Shown piece by piece: positions 54,301-62,170 of a stretch of 64,000 nucleotides of DNA. The position numbers and the translations under genes were made by a program. Under the pieces are notes generated by a model. The model made no database searches. It saw only the letters and a program-made list of their open reading frames with translations, and was not told the origin of the DNA. Numbering within the stretch: position 1 is the first letter of the stretch; every line of letters begins with the position of its first letter. The DNA is from an uncultured Rikenellaceae bacterium (lineage in GTDB: Bacteria > Bacteroidota > Bacteroidia > Bacteroidales > VadinHA17): assembly GCA_964599235.1 (NCBI GenBank), contig CAZRDX010000031.1, positions 8,385-72,384 on the forward strand, written 5' to 3'.

Positions 54301-55664
54301 AAGATGGCCGAGCTCATCATCCGCTTGGTGCTGTCGAAGGTGATGCCGTCGACCATCTCCTGCCGCTGCCGGTCGTCGACGGCCGTGATCCTGCCGTAAT
54401 TCATGGAAATGCTGAAAGCGATGAACTCCACGATGATCACCGCCCCGTCGATGATGATCCCGAAGTCGATGGCGCCCAGGCTCATCAGGTTGGCATCCAC
54501 ATGGAAGATGTACATCATCGATATGGTGAAAAGGAGCGCCAGGGGGATGATCGAGGAGATGAGCAGTCCCGAGCGCAGGTCGCCCAGCAGGAGCAACACC
54601 ACGAACATCACAATGAGAAAGCCGAACACCAGGTTCTCGATGACCGTAAGAGAAGTCTTATGGATCAGTTCGCTGCGGTCGAGGAAAGCGTTGATGTAGA
54701 CCCCTTCGGGGAGGGTTTTCTGGATCTCTTCGACGCGTTTGTGGACCGCCTCGATCACCTTCTTGGAGTTGGCGTCCTTGAGCATCATCACCTGTCCCAG
54801 CACCTTCTCTCCTTCGCCGTTGCCCGTGATGGCACCGAAGCGGATGGCATGACCGTAACGCACTTCCGCCACATCCTTCACCAGCACCGGCACGCCGTCG
54901 ACGTTCCTGATCACCACCTTGCGGATATCCTCGAGCGAGCGCACCAGGCCGTCGCCCCGTATGAAATAGCTCTGGTTGTCTTTCTCGATGTAAGCTCCTC
55001 CGGCGATGTTGTTGTTGGCCTCCAGAGCATTGTACACGTCGATGGCCGTAACGTTGAGGGCCCGCATCTTCTCCGGGTCGAGCGCCACCTCGTACTGTTT
55101 CAGGAAACCTCCCCAGGTGTTCACCTCCACCACGCCGGGAATGCCCGAGAGCTGACGCTTCACGATCCAGTCCTGGATGGTACGCAGGTCCATCACCGAA
55201 TAGACCGAATCGTAACCCGGCTTGGTGTCCAGGATGTACTGGTAGATCTCACCCAGTCCCGTGGTGATGGGCCCCATCGTGGGCGTGCCGAAGCCTTCCG
55301 GGATCTTCTCCTGCGCCGCCCGGATCTTCTCGGCAATGAGCTGACGCGGAAGGAACATCCCCATCTTCTCATCAAAGACGATCGTCACCACCGACAACCC
55401 GAACTTGGAGACCGATCGTATCTCCTTGACCCCCGGAAGGTTGGCCATCTCCAGCTCAATGGGATAGGTGATGAACTGCTCCACATCCTGCGTGGAGAGA
55501 TTGCGGGAAGTGGTGATCACCTGTACCTGGTTGTTGGTCACATCCGGCAATGCCCCTATGGGGATCTGTGTGATCGAGAAAAGACCGAAAATGACCGTCG
55601 TTATTGTGAAAAGAAGGATGATCAGCTTGTTGCGCAGACTGAACCGGATGATGTATTCCAACAT
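51339..55664 (-). CDS. CusA/CzcA-type heavy-metal RND permease fused in frame to a TolC-like outer membrane factor
   Basis: The track start 55724 is TTG; ATG 55664 (MLEYIIRFSLRNKLIILLF...) fits the canonical RND N-terminus. The RND part runs to ...VLPVFYAIYDR (about nt 52560). The frame then continues without a stop into MMENRKRRRRARGLLVVLLLFLLPWPGQAQ plus ~375 aa of OEP/TolC-like sequence, ending at 51339. Confidence 0.85.
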   Translation of the reverse strand: MLEYIIRFSLRNKLIILLFTITTVIFGLFSITQIPIGALPDVTNNQVQVITTSRNLSTQDVEQFITYPIELEMANLPGVKEIRSVSKFGLSVVTIVFDEKMGMFLPRQLIAEKIRAAQEKIPEGFGTPTMGPITTGLGEIYQYILDTKPGYDSVYSVMDLRTIQDWIVKRQLSGIPGVVEVNTWGGFLKQYEVALDPEKMRALNVTAIDVYNALEANNNIAGGAYIEKDNQSYFIRGDGLVRSLEDIRKVVIRNVDGVPVLVKDVAEVRYGHAIRFGAITGNGEGEKVLGQVMMLKDANSKKVIEAVHKRVEEIQKTLPEGVYINAFLDRSELIHKTSLTVIENLVFGFLIVMFVVLLLLGDLRSGLLISSIIPLALLFTISMMYIFHVDANLMSLGAIDFGIIIDGAVIIVEFIAFSISMNYGRITAVDDRQRQEMVDGITFDSTKRMMSSAIFGQVIILIVFIPILSLSGVEGKMFRPMALTFSFAIIGAMIMGLTYVPVMASLFLKPQQEKRNISTRLMNGLKRMYLPTIRYALGHKTLVIVVASLMLLISLGIFSRMGGEFVPTLDEGDFVIQPVFKTGTSLTKTIELVTRIEKILKKFPEVDQVVSRIGAAEVPTDPMSMEEVDVIIKLKPKKYWVTARTKDGLADKFKEALMVIPGVDYEFTQPIEMRFNELITGVRADVAVKIYGEDLGILSRKAKEISRLVRNVEGASDVTVEKVEGLPQMSVRYDRRKLAEYGVSVKELNDMVSLAFAGLVTGNVFEGEKRFDLVVRLQDRFRKDIHNLERLYVPVANGKMVPLTELADIRYTKGPAKISRDATKRRIVVGINVRNRDLESVVKDVQRLIEEKVTLPPGYYIDYGGQFDNLRSAKKRLAIAVPVSLLLIFILLHFAFRSILEAAMIYTAIPLASIGGILLLWMRGMPFSVSAGIGFIALFGIAVLNGIVLIEYFKELKEKGMKDINELIIKGTTDRLRPVMLTASAAALGFLPMAVSTSAGAEVQRPLATVVIGGLVTSTFLTMVVLPVFYAIYDRMMENRKRRRRARGLLVVLLLFLLPWPGQAQTLPVDRTTAIETALRHNRALQADSLRAAGTQMLVNSAVDIGKTSIYYNYDENNVADNGYPIKVWGIQQELAFPTVYSSRKKVNRYQAQMAGAEYELKKRRLMREVSEAYLTVVYLQNKYEVYRFLDSLNDLMVQATEKNYELGGNNYLDKLNAVSMAQKMKTSILQLQEEVAAAYKELRALMGVDTAITVVERRLVRYGLPQDTTLHPGILYHDYLLQAAQAQGRLEKNKLLPDLQLEYFQGTNRYAGARTYPGFTVGVAVPVWFGAQRSRIRSARLASDAAGNRAAWYRRQLESKKNKLMDELRKYEEALQYYDRHGKELSRQLVRSATLSYQKGEIDLFRYIMTVRNATTIELDHLDNLYRYDRTVLELQYLDL

Positions 55665-56031
55665 GAAATTCCCGCTTGAAAAATTTCGTATAAAGTTAAA
55701 ACATTTGACCTGCTTTTGTGACAATCAAAAGCAACGTAATTATTTCATACCGGATAAAAAAAAAGCAGATTTCCGTCTTTTTTGTACCTAGCTTCCCGAC
55801 AAAGCCTGTCAGAGGCGTACGACGGATCTTTTTCACCGTTTTTTTCAGACAGATCTTAAGGTTCCACCAGGAAGTTTTACCGACTCACCAGCCATCCGGT
55901 TATCACGGAGAACAATATCATTCCACGGACTTCCCGGACAGCCCGTTTATCCCCCTGAGCGGAGCATCAGGAGAAAGGAAGGGCGATGCTGAAGTTTTGA
56001 TAAAAGGTAGGGTTTGGAGACACGGTCAATT

Positions 56032-58383
56032 TCATTCCACGATCACCTCATCGGTAAAGATCCATGCTTTCTTTCCTGCAGCGGGATGCCAGTCGGGGCA
56101 TTTCTCCGCGCTTTGTATCCAGATCTTCAGGTATCTTCCGTAAGTAGGCGGGATATTGAGCGTCAGGGCGACGGGACGGGTCTGGGGTTCTTTCTTGAGT
56201 TCTCTGTAGAGGATCCCGCGGGTCATGAACCTTTCTCCGTCGCGGGAGATGAGCACCCGTATCTCCGGTGGCAGGAAGATCCGGGATCGTTGAGCTTCCA
56301 GGCAGTTGACAGTGACGGTGCGCAGTGTATCCGCCTTCCCCAGGTCGATGAGGAGGGTGGGGCTCACTCCCTCCCAGCCTGTCCAGAGGGGGCTTTGCAT
56401 GTTGGCGCCGTCGAGCAGGCCGTCGACGAGGGCATGCAGGCCGGGATCATGACGCGGCGACGGCGACACCGAACTGTGCACCGTCGCCCCCACCGCCATG
56501 TGCCCTTCGAAGATCTTCGTGGTGACACGTCCCAGTCGCCGCCCCTCCCTGAAGGAGGCAGCCTTGAGGGTGACCAGCCCTTCCGGCAACGGCACAGGAC
56601 CCTCGTACAACGGCGAAGCAGGGGTGGGATCGCCCCCGTCGAAAGTGTAACGTATGGAGACCCCGCCATGTTCGGTGGTCAGGACCACCAGGACGCGGTG
56701 ATGCACCGTATCGGGCAGGGTGCTGACCCTCACATCGTACATGCTCGGCGCATAGCCGATGCCCAGATGGTCGAGACGGATCAACTGATAGTCGACCCTC
56801 TGCACGAACTCCTCCCACCGGCGTGGTGCTGCGGGTGACCAGGCCACCTCGGCCACGGCCAGCAGACGGGGGAAGAGCATGTAGTCGGCCCGCTCCTCGT
56901 CGGGGACGAACTCGGTCCATAGACATCCCTCCGTGCCCAGCACATGACGGGCCTCGGCGGCGGTGAGCTCAGGCGGTACAGGCTCAAAAGCATAAACCCG
57001 GGAGAGGAGCACACCATAAGGGGCGTTGCCGGGCTCCATCTCGGGGTCGCCCTGTTTACGGCTCAGGTAGACATACGGCAGGGGGGTCATCACCACGTCG
57101 TGGCCCATCCGTGCGGCCCGGATGCCGCCCTGCATGCCCCGCCACGACATCACCGTGGCGCCGGGGGCCAGCCCCCCCTCCAGGATCTCGTCCCAGCCCA
57201 CCAGCCTTTTCCCCAGGTCGTTGACGATCTTCTGCACACGGCGGATGAAATAGCTCTGCAGCTCCTCCACATCCTTCATCCCCTCGCGCCGCATCAGTGC
57301 CCGGCAGTCGGGATCCTTCGCCCAGAGGGTCTTGTTGCATTCATCCCCGCCCACATGGAAATAAGGTCCCGGAAAAAGGGGCAGGATCTCGGAGAGCACC
57401 CCCTCCACGAAACGGTAGGTCGACTCGCGGGCTGGACAGAGGGTGTTGTCGGCGGTACGGCCGCCCGTGGCCACATAGTGGGGACCGGGGGTGCAGGCCA
57501 GCTCGGGATAGGCGGCCAGGATGGCCTGTGAATGGCCCGGCATGTCGATCTCGGGCACGATGGTCACGAACCGCTCGGCAGCATAACGCACCAGCTCCTT
57601 CACCTGCTCCCGGGTGTAATAGCCGCCGTAGGTGGCTTTCTCGCCGGGGCGCTGCGGCGGACGGTCCCACCACGGCATCCCCTCACGGTCGGCACGCCAG
57701 GCCCCTACCTCCGTCAGACGGGGATAGCCTTTCACCTCGATGCGCCATCCCTGGTCGTCGGTGAGATGCCAGTGGAAGATGTTCATCTTGTAGCGGGCCA
57801 GGTAGTCGATGTTCTTTTTCAGGTATTCGAAGGGCAAGAAGTGGCGGCTCACGTCGAGCATGTCGCCGCGCCAGCGGAAACGCGGCCGGTCGAACACCCG
57901 GACACAGGGGATCTCCCAGGCGTCGGCGACATAGTTGGAATCCTCCAGTTCGGGCGGGAAGAGCTGGCGCAGGGTCTGCAGGCCGTAAAAGGCTCCGGCG
58001 GGTGCCGCCGCCGTGACGAGGACACGTTCGGGCGTCACCGCGAGGGTGTAACCTTCGCGCCCCAGGCGGGCGGTGTCGCCCCCCAGCTGCACCACCACCG
58101 CCGGCCGCGCAGCCATATCCCCCCGCCGCGGCACCAGACGGAACGACGACGAAGCATTCACATACCCGGCAAAGATCTCCGCCGCCCGGAAGAGACGCCG
58201 CGAGGTGTCGGCCACCACCAGCGCCGTACGACGGTCAAGACGGAAGGTGCCCTCCCGCCGCTGCACCTCCACAGGACGCGGGATGATCTTCACCCCGGCC
58301 GGCGGCGGCACCCGCTCGGCACAGGAAGAGAAAAACAGCAGCACCAGCAAAGCCACCGGCAAAGCGCCGGCATGCCTCATCAT
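56032..58383 (-). CDS. Beta-N-acetylhexosaminidase, glycoside hydrolase family 20, with C-terminal discoidin/F5-8-type-C-like domain
   Basis: Start moved to ATG 58383 (MMRHAGALPVALLVLLFFSSC lipobox). GH20 core FRWRGDMLDVSRHFLPFEYLKKNIDYLARYKMNIFHWHLTDDQGWRIE, with catalytic region HVGGDEC. Confidence 0.9.
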   Translation of the reverse strand: MMRHAGALPVALLVLLFFSSCAERVPPPAGVKIIPRPVEVQRREGTFRLDRRTALVVADTSRRLFRAAEIFAGYVNASSSFRLVPRRGDMAARPAVVVQLGGDTARLGREGYTLAVTPERVLVTAAAPAGAFYGLQTLRQLFPPELEDSNYVADAWEIPCVRVFDRPRFRWRGDMLDVSRHFLPFEYLKKNIDYLARYKMNIFHWHLTDDQGWRIEVKGYPRLTEVGAWRADREGMPWWDRPPQRPGEKATYGGYYTREQVKELVRYAAERFVTIVPEIDMPGHSQAILAAYPELACTPGPHYVATGGRTADNTLCPARESTYRFVEGVLSEILPLFPGPYFHVGGDECNKTLWAKDPDCRALMRREGMKDVEELQSYFIRRVQKIVNDLGKRLVGWDEILEGGLAPGATVMSWRGMQGGIRAARMGHDVVMTPLPYVYLSRKQGDPEMEPGNAPYGVLLSRVYAFEPVPPELTAAEARHVLGTEGCLWTEFVPDEERADYMLFPRLLAVAEVAWSPAAPRRWEEFVQRVDYQLIRLDHLGIGYAPSMYDVRVSTLPDTVHHRVLVVLTTEHGGVSIRYTFDGGDPTPASPLYEGPVPLPEGLVTLKAASFREGRRLGRVTTKIFEGHMAVGATVHSSVSPSPRHDPGLHALVDGLLDGANMQSPLWTGWEGVSPTLLIDLGKADTLRTVTVNCLEAQRSRIFLPPEIRVLISRDGERFMTRGILYRELKKEPQTRPVALTLNIPPTYGRYLKIWIQSAEKCPDWHPAAGKKAWIFTDEVIVE

Positions 58384-58454
58384 CCCCGACACGCTACGGG
58401 AAAGATCATGAACGATCACGTTTTCATTATGAATGCGCATCTTTTCTTCTTTTT

Positions 58455-59939
58455 TTATTCAGCCAGACCTGTAAACCTGAAAGCATAAGCCAGGGCACGT
58501 TCGCCGCTCCATTTCTGCGGGTCGTACGCCGGCATCTTCACCACGAGGTTTCCGTCGCGGTTCTCCCAGGTGAGGGTGCCTTCGTGGCCCAGCAGGGTCA
58601 CCTCCATGCCGGGGCGTCCCTGCACGTCCTTCACCACCAGCTCGTCGCCCGGCCAGCGGGGACTGATGGCATAGAGGTCGGCACCCTTGCGGGTGAAGAA
58701 AAGCTCTTTGACGGCATAGCCGGGATCGGGGTCGAGGGTCTGTTTGAGGATGTAATCCCCGCCGAGATAATGCTGGCGGGGCCTGAAGTCGCGCCTGCCC
58801 TCCGACCACTGCACACTTCTTTTCCATTTTCGGGTGCCGTAGATAGCTTCTCCGTTGATCCGGAGCCAGCGTCCCATCTGCAGGAGCCTCTCCTGCATGA
58901 TCACGGGGATCTTGCCGTGGGCGGTGGGACCGATGTCGAGCAGGAGGTTGCCCCCGCGGCTTACCACGTCGACGAGCAAGAGCACCAGGGCCCGCGCCGA
59001 GTTATAGTCTTCCACGTCCTCGGCCCGGTTGTAGCCGAACGAGAAGCCCATGCCGCGGCACTCCTCCCACGGCTTGTCAAAATCGGCACCCGCCTTGTAC
59101 TCGGTGGTGTAGTAGCCGCCGTGTTTCTGGCGGCACCCTTTGCCCCAGCGGTCGTTGATCACCACCGTGGCCGCCACGGGCGAGTCGTTGAAGAGCCAGG
59201 CCAGGAGCTCCGGCGTATGCCACGCCTCGGCCGTCATGACCCACTCACCGTCAGGCCAGACAATGTCGGGACGGTAACGCGTCACCAGATCCTTGAACTG
59301 CGGAATGAAATGATCGGTGACGAACTTCTCCCGGTCCTTCAGCCAGAGCGGATGATACCACTCGTAAAGCGAATAATAGATGCCGAACCTGATGTCCGTC
59401 TTGCGTATCGCCTGCTCCAGCTCGCCCAGCAGATCGCGGTGCGGACCGATGTCCATGCTGTTCCAGGGAAAGCCCCTGTCGTTGGCCTCCCGGCTGGGCC
59501 ACATGGCATAACCGTCGTGGTGCTTGGAGGTGACCACAATGTACTTCGCACCGGCACGCTCGAAAAGACGAACCCATGCCTCCGGATCATACAGATCGGC
59601 CTTGAAGAGTTTTGCCAGACCGTAATAGGTCACATCCTCCCCATAGTTCCGGACATGGTAGTCGTACACCTCATCCCCGGAATACTTGCCGTTCCCGAAG
59701 ATCTTCCGCTCCTGCAACCAGTACTGGTACCATTCCGAGTAAGTCCCTTTAGGGCTCCAGGCAGGTACCGAATAGACGCCCCAGTGGATGAAGATGCCGA
59801 ACTTGGCGTCGGCGAACCACGAAGCCACCGGCCTCTTGTCAAGCGAAGCCCAGTCGGCCGTGTAACGGGTCTGTGCCCGCACCCCCTCCGCCAGCATGAG
59901 GACCAGCATAAAAAAGATGATCGATCGTTCCTTTCTCAT
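58455..59939 (-). CDS. Alpha-L-fucosidase, glycoside hydrolase family 29
   Basis: ATG at 59939. Signal peptide. GH29 signatures FGIFIHWGVYSVPAW and VVTSKHHDGYAMWPS. Confidence 0.92.
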   Translation of the reverse strand: MRKERSIIFFMLVLMLAEGVRAQTRYTADWASLDKRPVASWFADAKFGIFIHWGVYSVPAWSPKGTYSEWYQYWLQERKIFGNGKYSGDEVYDYHVRNYGEDVTYYGLAKLFKADLYDPEAWVRLFERAGAKYIVVTSKHHDGYAMWPSREANDRGFPWNSMDIGPHRDLLGELEQAIRKTDIRFGIYYSLYEWYHPLWLKDREKFVTDHFIPQFKDLVTRYRPDIVWPDGEWVMTAEAWHTPELLAWLFNDSPVAATVVINDRWGKGCRQKHGGYYTTEYKAGADFDKPWEECRGMGFSFGYNRAEDVEDYNSARALVLLLVDVVSRGGNLLLDIGPTAHGKIPVIMQERLLQMGRWLRINGEAIYGTRKWKRSVQWSEGRRDFRPRQHYLGGDYILKQTLDPDPGYAVKELFFTRKGADLYAISPRWPGDELVVKDVQGRPGMEVTLLGHEGTLTWENRDGNLVVKMPAYDPQKWSGERALAYAFRFTGLAE

Positions 59940-60091
59940 TTTTCCGAAGCTTTTTTCAGGCTAAAAGTAAAACTTGCCATCTCCTTCGCCAAATCCTTTC
60001 GACATTTTTCCTCTCTCCCGTTCTTACCCATCCTTCCGTTTTTTACATTGCAGATTTTGGGGTATCTTTATCTGCAGAAAAAAGATCTTGC

Positions 60092-61003
60092 ATGGAACAG
60101 GAAAGTCGCTCCTACTATCGTCCCACCAGCCTGGAACGTATTTTCAGCGATCTGTTTGACATTTACAAGCGTCATTTCGGCTGGCTTTTTTTCATCAGTT
60201 TCTTTTCCCTGCTACTTCTTCAGCCGGTGCTTTTGCGTTTCCAGGCTTCCTACACCGACCTGCTGGCCCGGCTCGAGGAGGATCCCACCCTGCTGGTGAC
60301 GTTCTACCGGAAATTTCTGGGGGTGGCGGTCCTGATGCTGGCTTATTATGCGTTCCTCCAGCCATTCATCATTCTTTTCGTGGTACGGCGTGAGGAGGAT
60401 CCGTCGGTATCCGTAGGAAAGATTTTCGTGGAGACCCTGCGGAAATATTTTCTTCGTTCGTTCGGCATCCTGCTTGCCACGGTTTTCATCATGGTGGGAG
60501 GCACGATCCTGGGGCTTCTGGCCCTGGTCATCGGGGCTTTGTTCTCTCTGCTTTTCCTGGTGGTGGTGCTATATCCCGTCGAAGCGGTGCTGGTGATGGA
60601 GGATGAGGGCATATTCGCCTCCATCGGACGTTCGATGAAGCTGGTGCTGAAAGATTTCTGGCGCGTCACCGGCTACATCCTGCTCTTCCTCCTTTTTTAC
60701 ATGATGGCGAGCATGATCCTCAGCACGATCACCATGATCCCTTACGCGGGCAAGTTCCTGGGCGATCTTTTCTCCTCCTCGCAGGATGCTTCCGGGCTGG
60801 GGTTTCTTTCCTACATGTCCAATCCGCTGTATGTGGTGCTCAACACCCTCACTTCGGCGCTGCTGCAGCCTCTGGGGCCGATCCTGTCGCTGCTGGTCTA
60901 TTTCCATGTCCGTTACCTCGACGACCGGGACCGGCAGGCCCGGGAAGAGCCTCTTCCACCAAACACCGACGATGATGAAGACATTCAGGATCTTCTCCGC
61001 TGA
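60092..61003 (+). CDS. Integral membrane protein, unknown function
   Basis: ATG at 60092. About 6 hydrophobic helices (WLFFISFFSLLLLQPVLL, VAVLMLAYYAFLQPFIILFVV, GILLATVFIMVGGTILGLLALVIGALFSLLFLVVVLYPV, GYILLFLLFYMMASMILSTITMI). Acidic tail. Confidence 0.7.
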   Translation: MEQESRSYYRPTSLERIFSDLFDIYKRHFGWLFFISFFSLLLLQPVLLRFQASYTDLLARLEEDPTLLVTFYRKFLGVAVLMLAYYAFLQPFIILFVVRREEDPSVSVGKIFVETLRKYFLRSFGILLATVFIMVGGTILGLLALVIGALFSLLFLVVVLYPVEAVLVMEDEGIFASIGRSMKLVLKDFWRVTGYILLFLLFYMMASMILSTITMIPYAGKFLGDLFSSSQDASGLGFLSYMSNPLYVVLNTLTSALLQPLGPILSLLVYFHVRYLDDRDRQAREEPLPPNTDDDEDIQDLLR

Positions 61004-62153
61004 ACTGCTTGCAGGCTCTCTGCTTTTTCTCACGGCCTGCTCGAGACCGTCGAACGACCCGCTTGACCAACTCATCTCCACCCTCGGGTCGCACGCCACC
61101 ATGCATTACCTGGCGGAAGAACACTCCCGCTACTCCTGGTCGCCGGACACCATCGTCACCCCCTACGAGGTATGGGTGGTCCGCGACAGCAGCTACCGCG
61201 AGCGCGGCGGATACATCTGGGCCGACAACCATTACCGCCCCTACCACATGATCTGCCACGACGGACAGCTGTGGCTGACCATCCCTCCCAAACACACCAC
61301 GGTGCATTATGCGGACTTTTCCGAGCCGCTCATCGCTCCCGTCGACTGGATCGACATCTTCCTCCGTCCCGACACGCTTCGAGCCCTGAAGGATACAGCA
61401 GGAGTGGATATCTTTCTCTCCGATACCCTTTGGGAAGGCAGGAAAGCCAGGGCCCTGCAGATCGTCCGACGCACGGACGGCTCGTCCTCCCGCAGCCTGT
61501 TCGTGCTGGCTGCGGACCAACCCGCCCCTCTTTACGCACGGTACGAGGAAGTACAGAATGACCAGCAATACGTGGATGAGCTCTTTTTCTCCGGCGTCAC
61601 TTTCGATGACATTTCCCTGGCAGAGCTGAAGGAACGGGAGGAGAAGGTTCTGAAAGCCAACCCCGTGGAGGAGGGGGGCGGCACTTCCGAGACCGCCCGT
61701 CTGGAGCGGATGCTCCACGTGGGCGACCCGGCCCCGCTCTTCGAAGGTACTTATTACGCCAACGGTCAACCCTTTGCCCTGAAAGACCATCTGGGCAGGG
61801 GCGTCATCCTCCTCGACTTCTGGTACACCCACTGTCCGCCCTGCGTCCGGGCCATTCCCGCCCTCTCCGGACTCTATCGGGAGATGAAGGACCAGGGACT
61901 GATCATCTTCGGCCTCAACTCGGTGGACAACCGGCCCCGCAGCAGGGAGAACCTGGAACGTTTCATCCGGAAACGCGGCATTCCTTACGACATCATCCTC
62001 ACCCGGCCGGAGGTCGACCTGCGTTACCGCATCAACGGCTACCCCAGCATGTACGTCATCGACCGGCAGGGTCGCATCGCCTGGGTGGAGATCGGCTTCA
62101 GCCCCGAAAAGTTCGAAGAATTGAAAGCCCGGCTGCAGGAGATGCTTCAATAA
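60972..62153 (+). CDS. TlpA/thioredoxin-like thiol-disulfide oxidoreductase lipoprotein with ~250-aa N-terminal domain of unknown function
   Basis: Start moved to ATG 60972 (MMKTFRIFSAELLAGSLLFLTAC lipobox). C-terminal redoxin domain VILLDFWYTHCPPCVRAIPALSGLYREMKDQGLIIFGLNSVD...GYPSMYVIDRQGRIAW. Overlaps the upstream gene by 32 nt. Confidence 0.82.
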   Translation: MMKTFRIFSAELLAGSLLFLTACSRPSNDPLDQLISTLGSHATMHYLAEEHSRYSWSPDTIVTPYEVWVVRDSSYRERGGYIWADNHYRPYHMICHDGQLWLTIPPKHTTVHYADFSEPLIAPVDWIDIFLRPDTLRALKDTAGVDIFLSDTLWEGRKARALQIVRRTDGSSSRSLFVLAADQPAPLYARYEEVQNDQQYVDELFFSGVTFDDISLAELKEREEKVLKANPVEEGGGTSETARLERMLHVGDPAPLFEGTYYANGQPFALKDHLGRGVILLDFWYTHCPPCVRAIPALSGLYREMKDQGLIIFGLNSVDNRPRSRENLERFIRKRGIPYDIILTRPEVDLRYRINGYPSMYVIDRQGRIAWVEIGFSPEKFEELKARLQEMLQ

Positions 62154-62170
62154 ACATTTTTCCGTACCCG

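Noticed and set aside
55665-55724. TTG start at 55724 for the RND gene, and GTG start at 48122 for fecR
   Set aside because: The ORF track allows alternative starts. The downstream ATGs (55664 and 48119) match the canonical N-termini of these families.
48542-55724. The RND island as a mobile element
   Set aside because: No integrase, transposase, tRNA target or flanking repeats are visible, and spot GC resembles the neighbouring enzyme genes. I kept only the unusual location as a low-interest finding.
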